Shown piece after piece: positions 39,401 to 48,469 of a stretch of DNA of 64,000 nucleotides (position 1 is the first letter of the stretch; every line of letters begins with the position of its first letter). This stretch comes from a virus. Below the pieces are notes generated by a model. The model was not told the DNA's origin. It was given only the letters and a program-made list of their open reading frames with translations, and did not search any database. A program made the translations under genes and the position numbers. The stretch lies in the UHGV virus genome UHGV-1368191; one strand, written 5' to 3'.

Positions 39401-42400
39401 TGCCCATTGAATTGAGTGTTGATATACTTTCTGGATATCTGGAAAGGTATATTAAGTCCTCCTAAAGCCTTAACTATATCAGTGGATATATCCTCATTCT
39501 GTATAACAGTTCCTCTATAAATAGTAGACCAAGCAGTATCTGTAGAGGAGACTTTTACCCTGAAGTTTACCTGATAATTATTGCCTACCTCTTTTACATC
39601 CAAAAAGATATCACTAACAGCAAGTAGATCCTTAAGTCCTCTTTTCCACTCTTTCTGTGCCTCTTCAGTAAGTAGACTTTTAGGGTCATTCAATTTTTGT
39701 AGATGGGCTACTATTATCTTATATAGACTAGAAGAGGCTACATCACTACTGAAAGTAGGCATAGTAAAGGGAACAGGTACCCACCTTCTTCTTGGGTCAG
39801 AAGTTTCTATAAGTAAATAAGGCTGCCCTGCCAATGCACTCTCAGGACTTACTATTGATTGGTCATCTTCTGTTCTTCCTTGAGACCTTCTTCTTCCAGG
39901 GGTCATTATCATCTTGGCATCAGGGGAGGAAGTCAATGCTATTCCAAGCTTGAAAGGTACTCCATGAGCTATTTCATTAAGAGTACTCCTTTCATTCTTA
40001 GCAGAGTATAAAGGCCTTCCTATATAGGGTCTACTGATAGTTGACTCAGCATTGGGATAAATAACTAAATCTCCATCCACTTTTTCCCTATTCTCATTAT
40101 AGTAAGTGATAACTTCATTATAAAATTCAGCCAACCCTGTGTAGCTCCCAAATGTAGCTGTGTCACTAGGATTAGGTAAGTCAAATAGGATATTACCATC
40201 CTCATTTACCACTAAGAGAACAGGTACTCTCTCTTTTGAGTTTGCATAAATCTTATCAGAAAGACTTTTTGAGATAGCGAATCTTACCTTTTGTCCTACT
40301 TTTATTTCATTATTTCTTATTCTTGTGAACACTCCAGAAGTTCTAAGAAAATCATAGATAGTCTTGAGAATAGCTTGCTTCTTTTTATCCTTTACTTGCT
40401 CATAATAAGGGTCATTATTCTCTGTATTCCTATGAATAGGATATTCAGTAGTACCACTTTTCCAATAACTCTTATCCTGCATTTGAGTATCACTTATTTG
40501 AGTGTTTTGGCTAGCGGCTACTAAATCAATGTTTGTGGTATTTGGGGTAGGAGTTTCCACTTCTTCTCCAGTATCCTTTTCTTCTTTAGTATTACCCTCC
40601 TTATTAACTGTGGGAGGAGCTTCAACTGGGTCTTTGCTTTTAGTACTATCCAGAGTTCTTACTACTTCTGGAGCACCATTTCCCTTTTCAGGTAGGTTCT
40701 TCAGTCTCTCTAGATCCTCTACTACTTCCTTAGTTATCTCAGATAGTACATTTTTGATTTCATCAAGTCTTTGTTGTCTTGATTCATTATATGCTTTTTT
40801 TGCCTTCTCTATATCCTCAGGAGTACTATTTGGATCATTCATTACACTAAGTAATTGTTGTTCATCAACTGTAGGAAGAAGAGAATCTGGGTCATTAAAT
40901 GCTTCAGTATCAAGGTCAATTATATCAGAAGCTACTTCAGCAGATGACGTAGCTCTGTCTAGCATTGCATCTATAGAGGAGAGTATATCATCATCAATAA
41001 CACGCTCTTTAGCTTTCTCTTTTGCTGTATCTCTAGTTTTCTTGATATCTCTAGCTGTGTTTACCTTCTGTTTTCTATCTATTTCTTTTTTCCTTTCAGG
41101 ATCAAGATTTTCTTGTTCAGCATCAGTTAAATCTTCACTTGTAAAGTCAAATTCACTAGCATCTAAGTCCACTTTTCCATTATCAGAATCCTCAACAAGT
41201 TCCTGTACTGATTTATTATCTACATTAGAATTTTCAACCTCTTGTTGGGACTCCTGTTCAGCTTTTTTCCTAGCCTCATCTACTCTCCCAGGCTCTTTCA
41301 TATATTTAGCGAAAGTAATCCCAAATTCTCGTGAATCATTAAGAAGACTAATAGCATCTAGAATATCATTCTCAAATCCTAGGTTACGGTTAATAAGTTC
41401 ATCAACGTTTTTCTTAGTGGATTCCTTATCATGCCCTAAAGCTATATCCAGTATTACATCTCTCCAGTGTTCATTAGTATTACTTGTTTCTATAGTTACA
41501 GTATTATCCCCATTGGGTGTAATAGAAACTCCATTGCCTAATGTCTTTTGTAGGGATTCAACTGTTTCTCCCTTATCAAGAGTAATAGTAAAAGAGAGAG
41601 GAAGGATAGCTTTATCCATTATATTATTAGCTCTTTTTCTAGCAGCTTTTCCTAAATAGTGTAAATAAGCTAGATTACCCTCCTGGTCACTGGTAAGTTT
41701 ACCTCCAGAGACACTATTTACATATTGTACTGACTTAAGATATTCATTAACTCTATCCTTCAGTTTCTTTCCATTGGATTCCAGTTCTTTCCTGATTTCA
41801 TCATTACTTTTGACCCTATTCCCATGGCTATCAACAAATAATCCTATTTTCTTTTCCTCCCCGACAACATTATTAAACTCTCCCATAATTTCACCTATCT
41901 GGTTAAGAGCTTCAGTGGCTTCAGCTTCTTTACCTTCTTCAATAGCCTTCTCAGCTATCTGTTGCAAGGAAGCTACTCTTCTTTTTAAAGTATTTTTTTG
42001 ATTTTCAGTATCCTGTTCCTTAGTAATAGTAACAGTATTCCTACTAACAATGTTGTCTATATCCTCATCAGTTAAGTTTTGAGTAGAGGCATCTATAAAA
42101 GTAAGAAAGTCATCAACAGTCCCTGATCTGACAGCTAAATCAAGATCTTGTACAAATTGCTTCTCCTCAGCGTCTTTATACTGTTTTATATCATCATTTG
42201 CCACTCCCTCATCCATATCAGTTTGAAAATATGAATGAGCTACAGCACTGTCAAATCTATTCCAAAATTTAGGATCTTTATACCTAGTATTTAGGGCTTC
42301 ATTGAGCTTAGTGGCAGCATCAATCTTTTCTTTCATTTCCCTAAGGTTTTGGAAAGAACCTCCTTCCCAAGAAAAGTATCTTCTTGGGTCATATTTTCTT

Positions 42401-43887
42401 TTGGTTTTATCTTGGTTAAATGCCTTAGTGGGCATAGGCATTCCTATAGCCCCTGTAAGACCTCCTACAAAAAATTGTTCCCATTGATCATAGTCTCCCC
42501 AAGAATCAAGAAATCCTTTTCCAATAGCTGTCAATGCAGACATAGTTTCCTGCTGAGAACCTGGATTCATTCTAGCTCTCCAGTAGTCATTGGGGTCTTC
42601 TCTATCATAAGCATATCCTGATAAAGAAGATGCCCATTGCTGGTTCATCTCTTCAGAACCCTCAGATAGTATAGGTTTAAAGAATGCTTTGGTTTTTTGC
42701 CATTTTGCATTCTTCAAGGTGTGTTCCAACTGAGTTTTCAATTCACCAGTTCTGGCCTCTTGGAACATCTTCCTGGCTTTATTTTTTATATCACTTATAC
42801 CATTAAGGAGGTCAGCTCCACCTGACTTAGCAGAAGCTTCAGCCATTTTTCTGGCATTACTGAAAGATTTAGAGAAACCTTTACCAAGAGTAAAGAAGTT
42901 ACCAAGTGTAAGAATGGGCATATTAAGTGCCATGTCTATATTACCAGCACTTCTGGCATCTTGAAGAATCTGTTGTTTACCTGCTATTCTTTTGGCTTCT
43001 ATATCATTGAGAGTGCTTTGGTATGTCATAATATCACCAGTCTCTCTATATCTAGCATAAGCTTCTTCTCTCTGCCTATCAAGTGTATCATCAAGCCTTT
43101 GATTATTAAGGTCAACTAGAGATTCCATAGTTTGCTTAGCTTCTATAGCTCCTTCTCCAGCAGCACTAAACATGGAACCAAGTATAGCTGTACCTATTTT
43201 GGAGGTTTTAGTGGCATTAGAAACAAGGTTTAATGCCTTTGCAGCCAGTCCCAATCCACCAGTGAAAATACTACCACTGGCAGCAGCTCCAAGCATAAAT
43301 CCTACATTCTTGATAACATCATCTCCCCAGAAGGAGGCAGAAGTTAAATTAGTCAAACTAAGCCACGGGGCATTCTGTTGTTCTTTACTTTGGTAAATCT
43401 TAAAGTTGTCCTCCATGAAATCCTCTACCTCACTGAGTCCTCTTGTCAGCTCATTATCCCATAGTCCTGACCATCTGCCTTCATCAATAGCTGTATAGAT
43501 ACCTACAGGAATATTAGCTATTCCACTGACTATAGTGGTAGCAGCTGTACCAAGCATTTTTGCTAGGGCATTACCCAATGCGTCTAAAGTGGACTGATTT
43601 TGGTATCTGCCCTCATTCATGGCATCATAATCATCCAGTCCAGTATTTAAGGTATCATATTTTGAAGTTCCCCAACTGGCTAATGGGTCATCTAATTCTC
43701 TATGTTGTGGGGAAAATAATGCAGCATCTGTGGCATTTTCCCAACCAACATTTCCAGTAGCCTCTGAAGCTCTTACTGCCCTACTATATTGTAGTGCCCT
43801 TTGTATATCTTGTTCTTCTTTAGCTGATATTCCCTTTAATCCTTTAAGGCCTACAGGACCTGTTTTAGTTATATCTTGTTCTGCCAT
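36433..43887 (-). CDS. giant multidomain virion protein with RecB-like nuclease, GNAT-like, PARP-like ART-like and HExxH motifs
   Basis: 2484-aa ORF. 'GEVDLLFIDNKGNYYIYDVKTS...YHTYQVSSYAKL' (PD-(D/E)xK plus QhxxY, nt ~38700-38950). 'YRGKGYGKKAHLALANIA' (GNAT motif A-like, nt ~37800). 'LVVYHSTRADFSTF...GEGLWFKP...NGVELVVFNPNQI' parallels PARP 'LLWHGSRTTNFAGI...GKGIYFAD...LLYNEYIVYDIAQV' (nt ~37150-37530). 'AYHEAFHFV' HExxH (nt ~36880). Confidence 0.5.
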   Translation of the reverse strand: MAEQDITKTGPVGLKGLKGISAKEEQDIQRALQYSRAVRASEATGNVGWENATDAALFSPQHRELDDPLASWGTSKYDTLNTGLDDYDAMNEGRYQNQSTLDALGNALAKMLGTAATTIVSGIANIPVGIYTAIDEGRWSGLWDNELTRGLSEVEDFMEDNFKIYQSKEQQNAPWLSLTNLTSASFWGDDVIKNVGFMLGAAASGSIFTGGLGLAAKALNLVSNATKTSKIGTAILGSMFSAAGEGAIEAKQTMESLVDLNNQRLDDTLDRQREEAYARYRETGDIMTYQSTLNDIEAKRIAGKQQILQDARSAGNIDMALNMPILTLGNFFTLGKGFSKSFSNARKMAEASAKSGGADLLNGISDIKNKARKMFQEARTGELKTQLEHTLKNAKWQKTKAFFKPILSEGSEEMNQQWASSLSGYAYDREDPNDYWRARMNPGSQQETMSALTAIGKGFLDSWGDYDQWEQFFVGGLTGAIGMPMPTKAFNQDKTKRKYDPRRYFSWEGGSFQNLREMKEKIDAATKLNEALNTRYKDPKFWNRFDSAVAHSYFQTDMDEGVANDDIKQYKDAEEKQFVQDLDLAVRSGTVDDFLTFIDASTQNLTDEDIDNIVSRNTVTITKEQDTENQKNTLKRRVASLQQIAEKAIEEGKEAEATEALNQIGEIMGEFNNVVGEEKKIGLFVDSHGNRVKSNDEIRKELESNGKKLKDRVNEYLKSVQYVNSVSGGKLTSDQEGNLAYLHYLGKAARKRANNIMDKAILPLSFTITLDKGETVESLQKTLGNGVSITPNGDNTVTIETSNTNEHWRDVILDIALGHDKESTKKNVDELINRNLGFENDILDAISLLNDSREFGITFAKYMKEPGRVDEARKKAEQESQQEVENSNVDNKSVQELVEDSDNGKVDLDASEFDFTSEDLTDAEQENLDPERKKEIDRKQKVNTARDIKKTRDTAKEKAKERVIDDDILSSIDAMLDRATSSAEVASDIIDLDTEAFNDPDSLLPTVDEQQLLSVMNDPNSTPEDIEKAKKAYNESRQQRLDEIKNVLSEITKEVVEDLERLKNLPEKGNGAPEVVRTLDSTKSKDPVEAPPTVNKEGNTKEEKDTGEEVETPTPNTTNIDLVAASQNTQISDTQMQDKSYWKSGTTEYPIHRNTENNDPYYEQVKDKKKQAILKTIYDFLRTSGVFTRIRNNEIKVGQKVRFAISKSLSDKIYANSKERVPVLLVVNEDGNILFDLPNPSDTATFGSYTGLAEFYNEVITYYNENREKVDGDLVIYPNAESTISRPYIGRPLYSAKNERSTLNEIAHGVPFKLGIALTSSPDAKMIMTPGRRRSQGRTEDDQSIVSPESALAGQPYLLIETSDPRRRWVPVPFTMPTFSSDVASSSLYKIIVAHLQKLNDPKSLLTEEAQKEWKRGLKDLLAVSDIFLDVKEVGNNYQVNFRVKVSSTDTAWSTIYRGTVIQNEDISTDIVKALGGLNIPFQISRKYINTQFNGQDYNSLIGELATTNLEKWTLHTVNDFYTIDPIIKGKKEGAKSIQDAPKEAEDEVKASRERNFVRSTIIPDQSNIDRNRTDSNYYYIKESDGKYHKYQRVHNVLPSNSNNTGTANSQRALRTGSAVDTIVRDFFNTGKTTKPDFMSDKAYNSIIEYLKSLDKWLNDHKWSVFANNIVLYQKYLDGRRIAGEVDLLFIDNKGNYYIYDVKTSVGPFAGFRYEGVNSAWGQTMSTKEYHTYQVSSYAKLLYDRFGKKTEGVAIVPFTIVYGNDDTVIGVNKVPNIALPIIDVDNYFKKATPQPSEQSTQAEENKPDTSEPRQDVASIRETLKKKAVFKPKKWQARIDRLNDDNIQGLSKLKTPILKTLAQYLDAKIIPNMSDEELNNLVAEQLRPKNREVSTSNLTKEEQSILDKAPRDFQGRLLAPNSRPSNLTPKQYAQVRTKAFKKWFGNWERVARSSRFRESQDIPNSITSATYQGVTVSEALFDADMAPDGGKRVIFLGDKYIGEIPVIETKDKIRMGGSIGAATEIEEEYRGKGYGKKAHLALANIAKSEGKILYSDRSNSDAEDALWKSLVKDGIAEVVSEKPKVGHWNHTTYRILNDKLPQADDINSGDRNVSKVVDENGEPLVVYHSTRADFSTFDLNKSKRGEGLWFKPWRDNSTIVGKIVEKLSQSHDIPVYLNIKNPVIVDKPSGYKSGDIYTRKGIDKHSTSNNDGAIGFSNMNVFRSAFNMNDIRGKNGVELVVFNPNQIKSATDNIGTFSRTDNDIRYRKYIGESESLIGRELEVIGELLPQLSEEDRIRIVGTLIKIPGGKAWGQFKDGAITLYKNAARGTAYHEAFHFVFNTLMTDQELENAFKSAKRQWGNLSPIELEERMAEDFRRYMQNEETFVGRLKNLWSRLKALLNHFNSNWFYLDRVYTDILKGKYIDRDVNTEAIDTIEIKQYHEIKLSYNKLSKEQKDYLSERKISPKEYSNMTILEKEILFHCMY

Positions 43888-43889
43888 GA

Positions 43890-45668
43890 TTATTGTTTTG
43901 AAGTTTTAAATGTAGGGATACCATATTTACTTCCCCTTTGAATATTCAACTCATTAATTAGTATAGCCCCTAGATTTTCAGATGCTTCTTTGGCTTCTGC
44001 ACTACCTCTTCTGGCATATTCAGATAGTTGATTCCAAAGGATTGCATGTTCTCTGATTTTATCATCCAAACTGTTTATATTTCCAGTTGGCATAAAGTAC
44101 AATGTTTCACCATTATTGAATGTATATCCCATCTGGTTACCTTGAGTTGAGAAGTATCCGTTTACCGCTAAATTTCTAGCTTTTGCATCTTGTAGAACAG
44201 AGTTAAGAGTTCCAGCTTCCTTAACTAGTTTCCAACTTCCTCCAGTTTCATCCGCTTCTCCTATTTCCCAAACTTTTTGATTTGCTATATTAGAGAAAGC
44301 GTCAATAGTTGAATTTATATCACCTGAGGGTAAAAGTATGCCATTTACATAAGTTGAAGTTCCCGATTTAGCTACGAAGTTCTTCTCATTACTATATAAT
44401 TGTCCTAAGTTGAAAAGATCGGCTCCCTTAGTTGTTCCATTATAATATTCCTTAAGTACAGGAGTTACATTGGCATCATAGAATTGTCCCAGGATAGCTT
44501 TCTCCTCTTTAGTCCTTCCCTGTTTCATGAATTCACTCTTAGTCTTCAACCTGTTATTTTGGGAAGCAACAAATAGATTAGCGTGAACAATAGGTGTTTT
44601 ACTATATTGTACACCTCCAGCAGAAGGAGTACCTACTACCTTTGGCATTCCAGCTATCTGTAGGTTCTTACCAACATATTTACCTCCCTTTATAGTCATA
44701 AATCTACTCAATTTACTCAGCAATGGAGAAGTAGCATTCTTTTTTCCCGCTCCTACTGGTAACGATTTAGTCATAAATGGAAACTTCGGTGTATCAGGGT
44801 TTTCTTGGCTAGCAGCGGCTCTAGCTACTCTTTTCTGTGAGGCTTCTTGTGCAGCTAACCTAGCTCCAAAATCAGCATATTGGTTAAACTTATCTTGTCC
44901 AACAGCACTCCATAATCCCATTCCTATATAACTATCTACATCACTAGCATATTGATTTCTTATAGATTCAGGAACAGTACTATATACATTATCATATATA
45001 GCCCTTAATACTCTATTAGCTTTAGGGTCTCTAGGATTAGCATTAAAGGCGGCTATTTCAGAAGGAGACAATCCATAATGTTCCACGAAGCTATTGGTAT
45101 ATGCATCCAGTTTACCTCTACTTATTCCTCCTAGTCTCTTGGCTATTGCACTAGCTTGCGCAGCAGCTTGCTGTGTTATCAAAGCTCCTGAAGCTGTATC
45201 ACCATAACCATAGTTAGAGTCCTCTAGGAACCTATCCAAGCTAGTCTCTCTACTCCTTGTATTAAAATCTCTTTGATACATAAGAGTGGGATTGGCTAAT
45301 TTAGCCTTTCTCTGTTCTTCAGCAAGCTGATTTCTTCTTTCAATAGCATTCTTTATTGGTACTATCTCTGAAGCATATCTACTTCTCATATCCAGCATAC
45401 CTTGCCTAGAACCAGGAGTAAGGCCATTATTATATAAGTCATCAGCTTGCTTCCTTAAGCTCTCCTCATATCTTTTATACTGAGCATATGTTTCAGGGTC
45501 ATCAACCTCATCAGCCATAGAAGCAATAGCATTGGCCTGTATATTCATTTGATTATAGGCATCCTCAACATTGTGATATGCCTCACCATATATTTGATAT
45601 GGCTGTAAATATCTCTCAAAAGAGAATGGTTGGAATGTGCTATTTACAACTAGACTATAATTAGGCAT
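43890..45668 (-). CDS. virion structural protein (function unknown)
   Basis: 592-aa ORF in the structural gene block. Start overlaps the upstream gene's stop. Confidence 0.45.
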   Translation of the reverse strand: MPNYSLVVNSTFQPFSFERYLQPYQIYGEAYHNVEDAYNQMNIQANAIASMADEVDDPETYAQYKRYEESLRKQADDLYNNGLTPGSRQGMLDMRSRYASEIVPIKNAIERRNQLAEEQRKAKLANPTLMYQRDFNTRSRETSLDRFLEDSNYGYGDTASGALITQQAAAQASAIAKRLGGISRGKLDAYTNSFVEHYGLSPSEIAAFNANPRDPKANRVLRAIYDNVYSTVPESIRNQYASDVDSYIGMGLWSAVGQDKFNQYADFGARLAAQEASQKRVARAAASQENPDTPKFPFMTKSLPVGAGKKNATSPLLSKLSRFMTIKGGKYVGKNLQIAGMPKVVGTPSAGGVQYSKTPIVHANLFVASQNNRLKTKSEFMKQGRTKEEKAILGQFYDANVTPVLKEYYNGTTKGADLFNLGQLYSNEKNFVAKSGTSTYVNGILLPSGDINSTIDAFSNIANQKVWEIGEADETGGSWKLVKEAGTLNSVLQDAKARNLAVNGYFSTQGNQMGYTFNNGETLYFMPTGNINSLDDKIREHAILWNQLSEYARRGSAEAKEASENLGAILINELNIQRGSKYGIPTFKTSKQ

Positions 45669-48378
45669 GGTTACCTCCCTTCCTCTTAATAGTTAAATAT
45701 CCTCCTCTTGATTTCTTAGATTTCTTGGAGCTTTCCTCAGCTCTCTTTCTTGCAGTTCTTATGTCACTTAGATACTCACTCCAAGTATCATCATCCCATT
45801 CTTCAGGTCTCATTGTACTACTTAAAGTACCAAAGGCACCTGATTGAAGAAGTCTATCTCTGTCAGCTCTATTATACTCATCAATTCCTATATTACCAAG
45901 ACTAGTAAATAGATTACTAAAGTTAGCTGATATGGAGTTATTCCTAGCTGCGTCTATAGCATTTCTCATAGCCATAGCTTGTGCTACTCCACTTAATCTA
46001 GCTGAGGCTGCTCTTGAGTAAGCTTCCTGATTAGCCATAGCTGCCTTAAGTCCTTGTTCAGCGTTAAACATATTAGTGCCTCTATTGAAGTTCTCAACAG
46101 CTTGTCTATTCGCGAAATTATACTCAGCAGCTTGTCTAGCAAGTTCTCCCAGCTTTGTTTGGGAATTATAGTCAGCAGCTAATAAACCTGCTATAGCAGA
46201 ACCTCTATTACCAGCTGATTGGCCTGTTATAGCTCTTCTTGTAGCAGCTGTATTGGCATTAAGCTTATTTATATAATAGTCTCTGTCAAGTGGATTATAA
46301 GTCAAGTAATTACCTATAGGAGTAGCTTCTACTGGCATATATTTTCCAGCATTTTTAGAAGCCTCAAGTACAGCGTCAGCACTACTGTAATCAGGTTTGC
46401 TTAACAGACCATGTGTAAGTCCTATAGCACTTCCCAATACAGGAGCATATCTTAACCAAGTAGCATAATTCTGTTCTTTGTCACTGCCTTCATTACCTTT
46501 CTTATCATGCATCTCACTTAGTGTAGGAAGTCCCTTTATAGATAAATCAGCATTATTCAGAGAATCCTGAAGTGTAGGTATAACAGAGTCATCAAGACCT
46601 ATTGAAATAGGTGCTCTGTAATCACTTAATGCCCGCACTCCAAACCTATGCATATCACTAAGCTTTTGGTCATACATACCAGCTAACATCTGGTCAACCG
46701 TAGGATTCTCAGTATTCTTTGAAAAGTATGTTGGAGCGAAATCTTTATTCCAGTATTTATTGAGTAACGTATCATAATTATCTCTTACCCATTGTTTAAA
46801 TCTATTATCATTATATATATCAGCGTATCTCTTTTTCTTGGTATCAAAAAGCTTTGTACCATTATAAGAGAAATCATCCCAGTCGTTGTATACCTGTGAA
46901 CCCTTACTTACACCAGTATTTCCGACATAACCATAAGGATTTTCTTGGTCTAGCAATACATTAGGATCTGGACCTGGACCAGCAAACAGCCTTCCTAATT
47001 TACCTCCTTTAGCATATTTACGCATCTTTCTTTCATTATCTTTTTGCCTAAGTGATTCCTGCTCCATGGCTAACTTAGCCATAATGTCCTGTAATCCTCT
47101 TTGGCTTATTGGATCATTGGGTCTCTCTTCACTTTCTTTTTGGGCATTCTTAGCCAAATCAGCAAAGGTAGTACCACTTAGTTTATACTTCCTTTTCACT
47201 TCTTTAGGAGCCTTAATCCTATTACTATAAACATAGTCATTGAAGATTACTTCTCCCTCTTCAACTAAATTTGGAACACCCTGGTTATCAACTCCAAACT
47301 GTATTCCCTCATAGGGGTTCTGCTCATGTGTGCCCCCTTCATTTATTTCAGTTACTCCATTGGAGAATACCCCACCATGAGTGAATAAGAGTCCTCCATC
47401 AGCATGCCACTTACTTGCATTTCTGGCAAAGTTAGCTTTCTTAACCATAGCTGGACTATAGTTTTCTTTATTAGCTAATACCTGTGAAGCAAATGCCTGT
47501 ACTGATTTACCATGCTTCTTTGCGGCAGCAGTAAATGTACCTCTTTTGCTTGGTTTAATATGTATTCCTCCTCCCCCTGCAAAAGTATTTCCAAAAGGAG
47601 ACATTGGTCCTGTATATCTCATAGTTATTGGTCCTCCATAAGCTACCTCATTTATAAGAGTGCTCTGTACTTGATTACCTAATATATTATTACTTGAATT
47701 AGCTACATTAGCTGTCGCTGTTTGTAGTGCAAGTTGCTTAGCGGCTTGAAGCTCATTATATTTCTTATTCAGTTTACCCTTGGCAAATGTTCCAGCTTTA
47801 CCTATATCACCTTTATTAAAGATATTAGTCTTTACATTGGTATCATAGTCTTCCATAAGAGCATCAGTGCTATCACTGCTAAATGAAGCATTCTTAAGTG
47901 CATCATTGGACTTATTAACCTCATTTATCCTCTCTTGGTTAAAACTTGTTCCAAATAATCTATTAACAGTTCCACCTACTACTCCAGAAGCCGCTGATAC
48001 TATACCTCCCAATACAGGATTAACAGTACTAAGTGCACCTCCTACAGTAGAACCAATACTATTAATAGCACTACCAGCTCCTGAATTAAGTCCTCCACTG
48101 AGTGCTCCATATCCTATTTGCCCCACAGCACTGCCTATGGCACCTATGGGAGATCCTCCCCCAGCACCTAGAATACCTAGACCACCCTTAGCTCCAGAAG
48201 TTGCTCCTCCTGGACTAGGCAAATTTACTTCTCCTAATGAAGGGTTATAATCAGTCAGACTCTGTACTCCAATATTTTTGAGAAAATCTGTTGTAGAACC
48301 TCCATTGTCATATCTGTTATAAGGTCTTAACCATCTCTCTGTCTTTCTTTTCATTGCATCAACATATTTTATTTGCAA
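45661..48378 (-). CDS. virion structural protein with long Gly/Ser/Ala-rich N-terminal region
   Basis: 905-aa ORF. Residues ~50-140 are low-complexity (GGATSGAKGGLGILGAGGGSPIGAIGSAVG...). Basic C-terminal tail (KKSKKSRGGYLTIKRKGG). Confidence 0.45.
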   Translation of the reverse strand: MQIKYVDAMKRKTERWLRPYNRYDNGGSTTDFLKNIGVQSLTDYNPSLGEVNLPSPGGATSGAKGGLGILGAGGGSPIGAIGSAVGQIGYGALSGGLNSGAGSAINSIGSTVGGALSTVNPVLGGIVSAASGVVGGTVNRLFGTSFNQERINEVNKSNDALKNASFSSDSTDALMEDYDTNVKTNIFNKGDIGKAGTFAKGKLNKKYNELQAAKQLALQTATANVANSSNNILGNQVQSTLINEVAYGGPITMRYTGPMSPFGNTFAGGGGIHIKPSKRGTFTAAAKKHGKSVQAFASQVLANKENYSPAMVKKANFARNASKWHADGGLLFTHGGVFSNGVTEINEGGTHEQNPYEGIQFGVDNQGVPNLVEEGEVIFNDYVYSNRIKAPKEVKRKYKLSGTTFADLAKNAQKESEERPNDPISQRGLQDIMAKLAMEQESLRQKDNERKMRKYAKGGKLGRLFAGPGPDPNVLLDQENPYGYVGNTGVSKGSQVYNDWDDFSYNGTKLFDTKKKRYADIYNDNRFKQWVRDNYDTLLNKYWNKDFAPTYFSKNTENPTVDQMLAGMYDQKLSDMHRFGVRALSDYRAPISIGLDDSVIPTLQDSLNNADLSIKGLPTLSEMHDKKGNEGSDKEQNYATWLRYAPVLGSAIGLTHGLLSKPDYSSADAVLEASKNAGKYMPVEATPIGNYLTYNPLDRDYYINKLNANTAATRRAITGQSAGNRGSAIAGLLAADYNSQTKLGELARQAAEYNFANRQAVENFNRGTNMFNAEQGLKAAMANQEAYSRAASARLSGVAQAMAMRNAIDAARNNSISANFSNLFTSLGNIGIDEYNRADRDRLLQSGAFGTLSSTMRPEEWDDDTWSEYLSDIRTARKRAEESSKKSKKSRGGYLTIKRKGGNHA

Positions 48379-48410
48379 AGATAAAAATAATATTTAATCT
48401 ACACAACTAA

Positions 48411-48457
48411 CTTAATAAAAAATAATATAGGAGATAAACATGACATTTATCTCCTAT
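48411..48457 (-). terminator. rho-independent terminator (minus strand)
   Basis: 12-bp stem ataggagataaa/tttatctcctat, loop catgaca, followed on the minus strand by a T6 run. Confidence 0.5.
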
Positions 48458-48469
48458 ACATTAATAATA

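Noticed and set aside
40502-41659. 385-aa Ser/Leu-rich plus-strand ORF (and many other 60-140-aa ORFs) antisense to the 2484-aa gene
   Set aside because: Low-complexity antisense translation of a long coding region; no start context; the minus-strand giant ORF is clearly the real gene.
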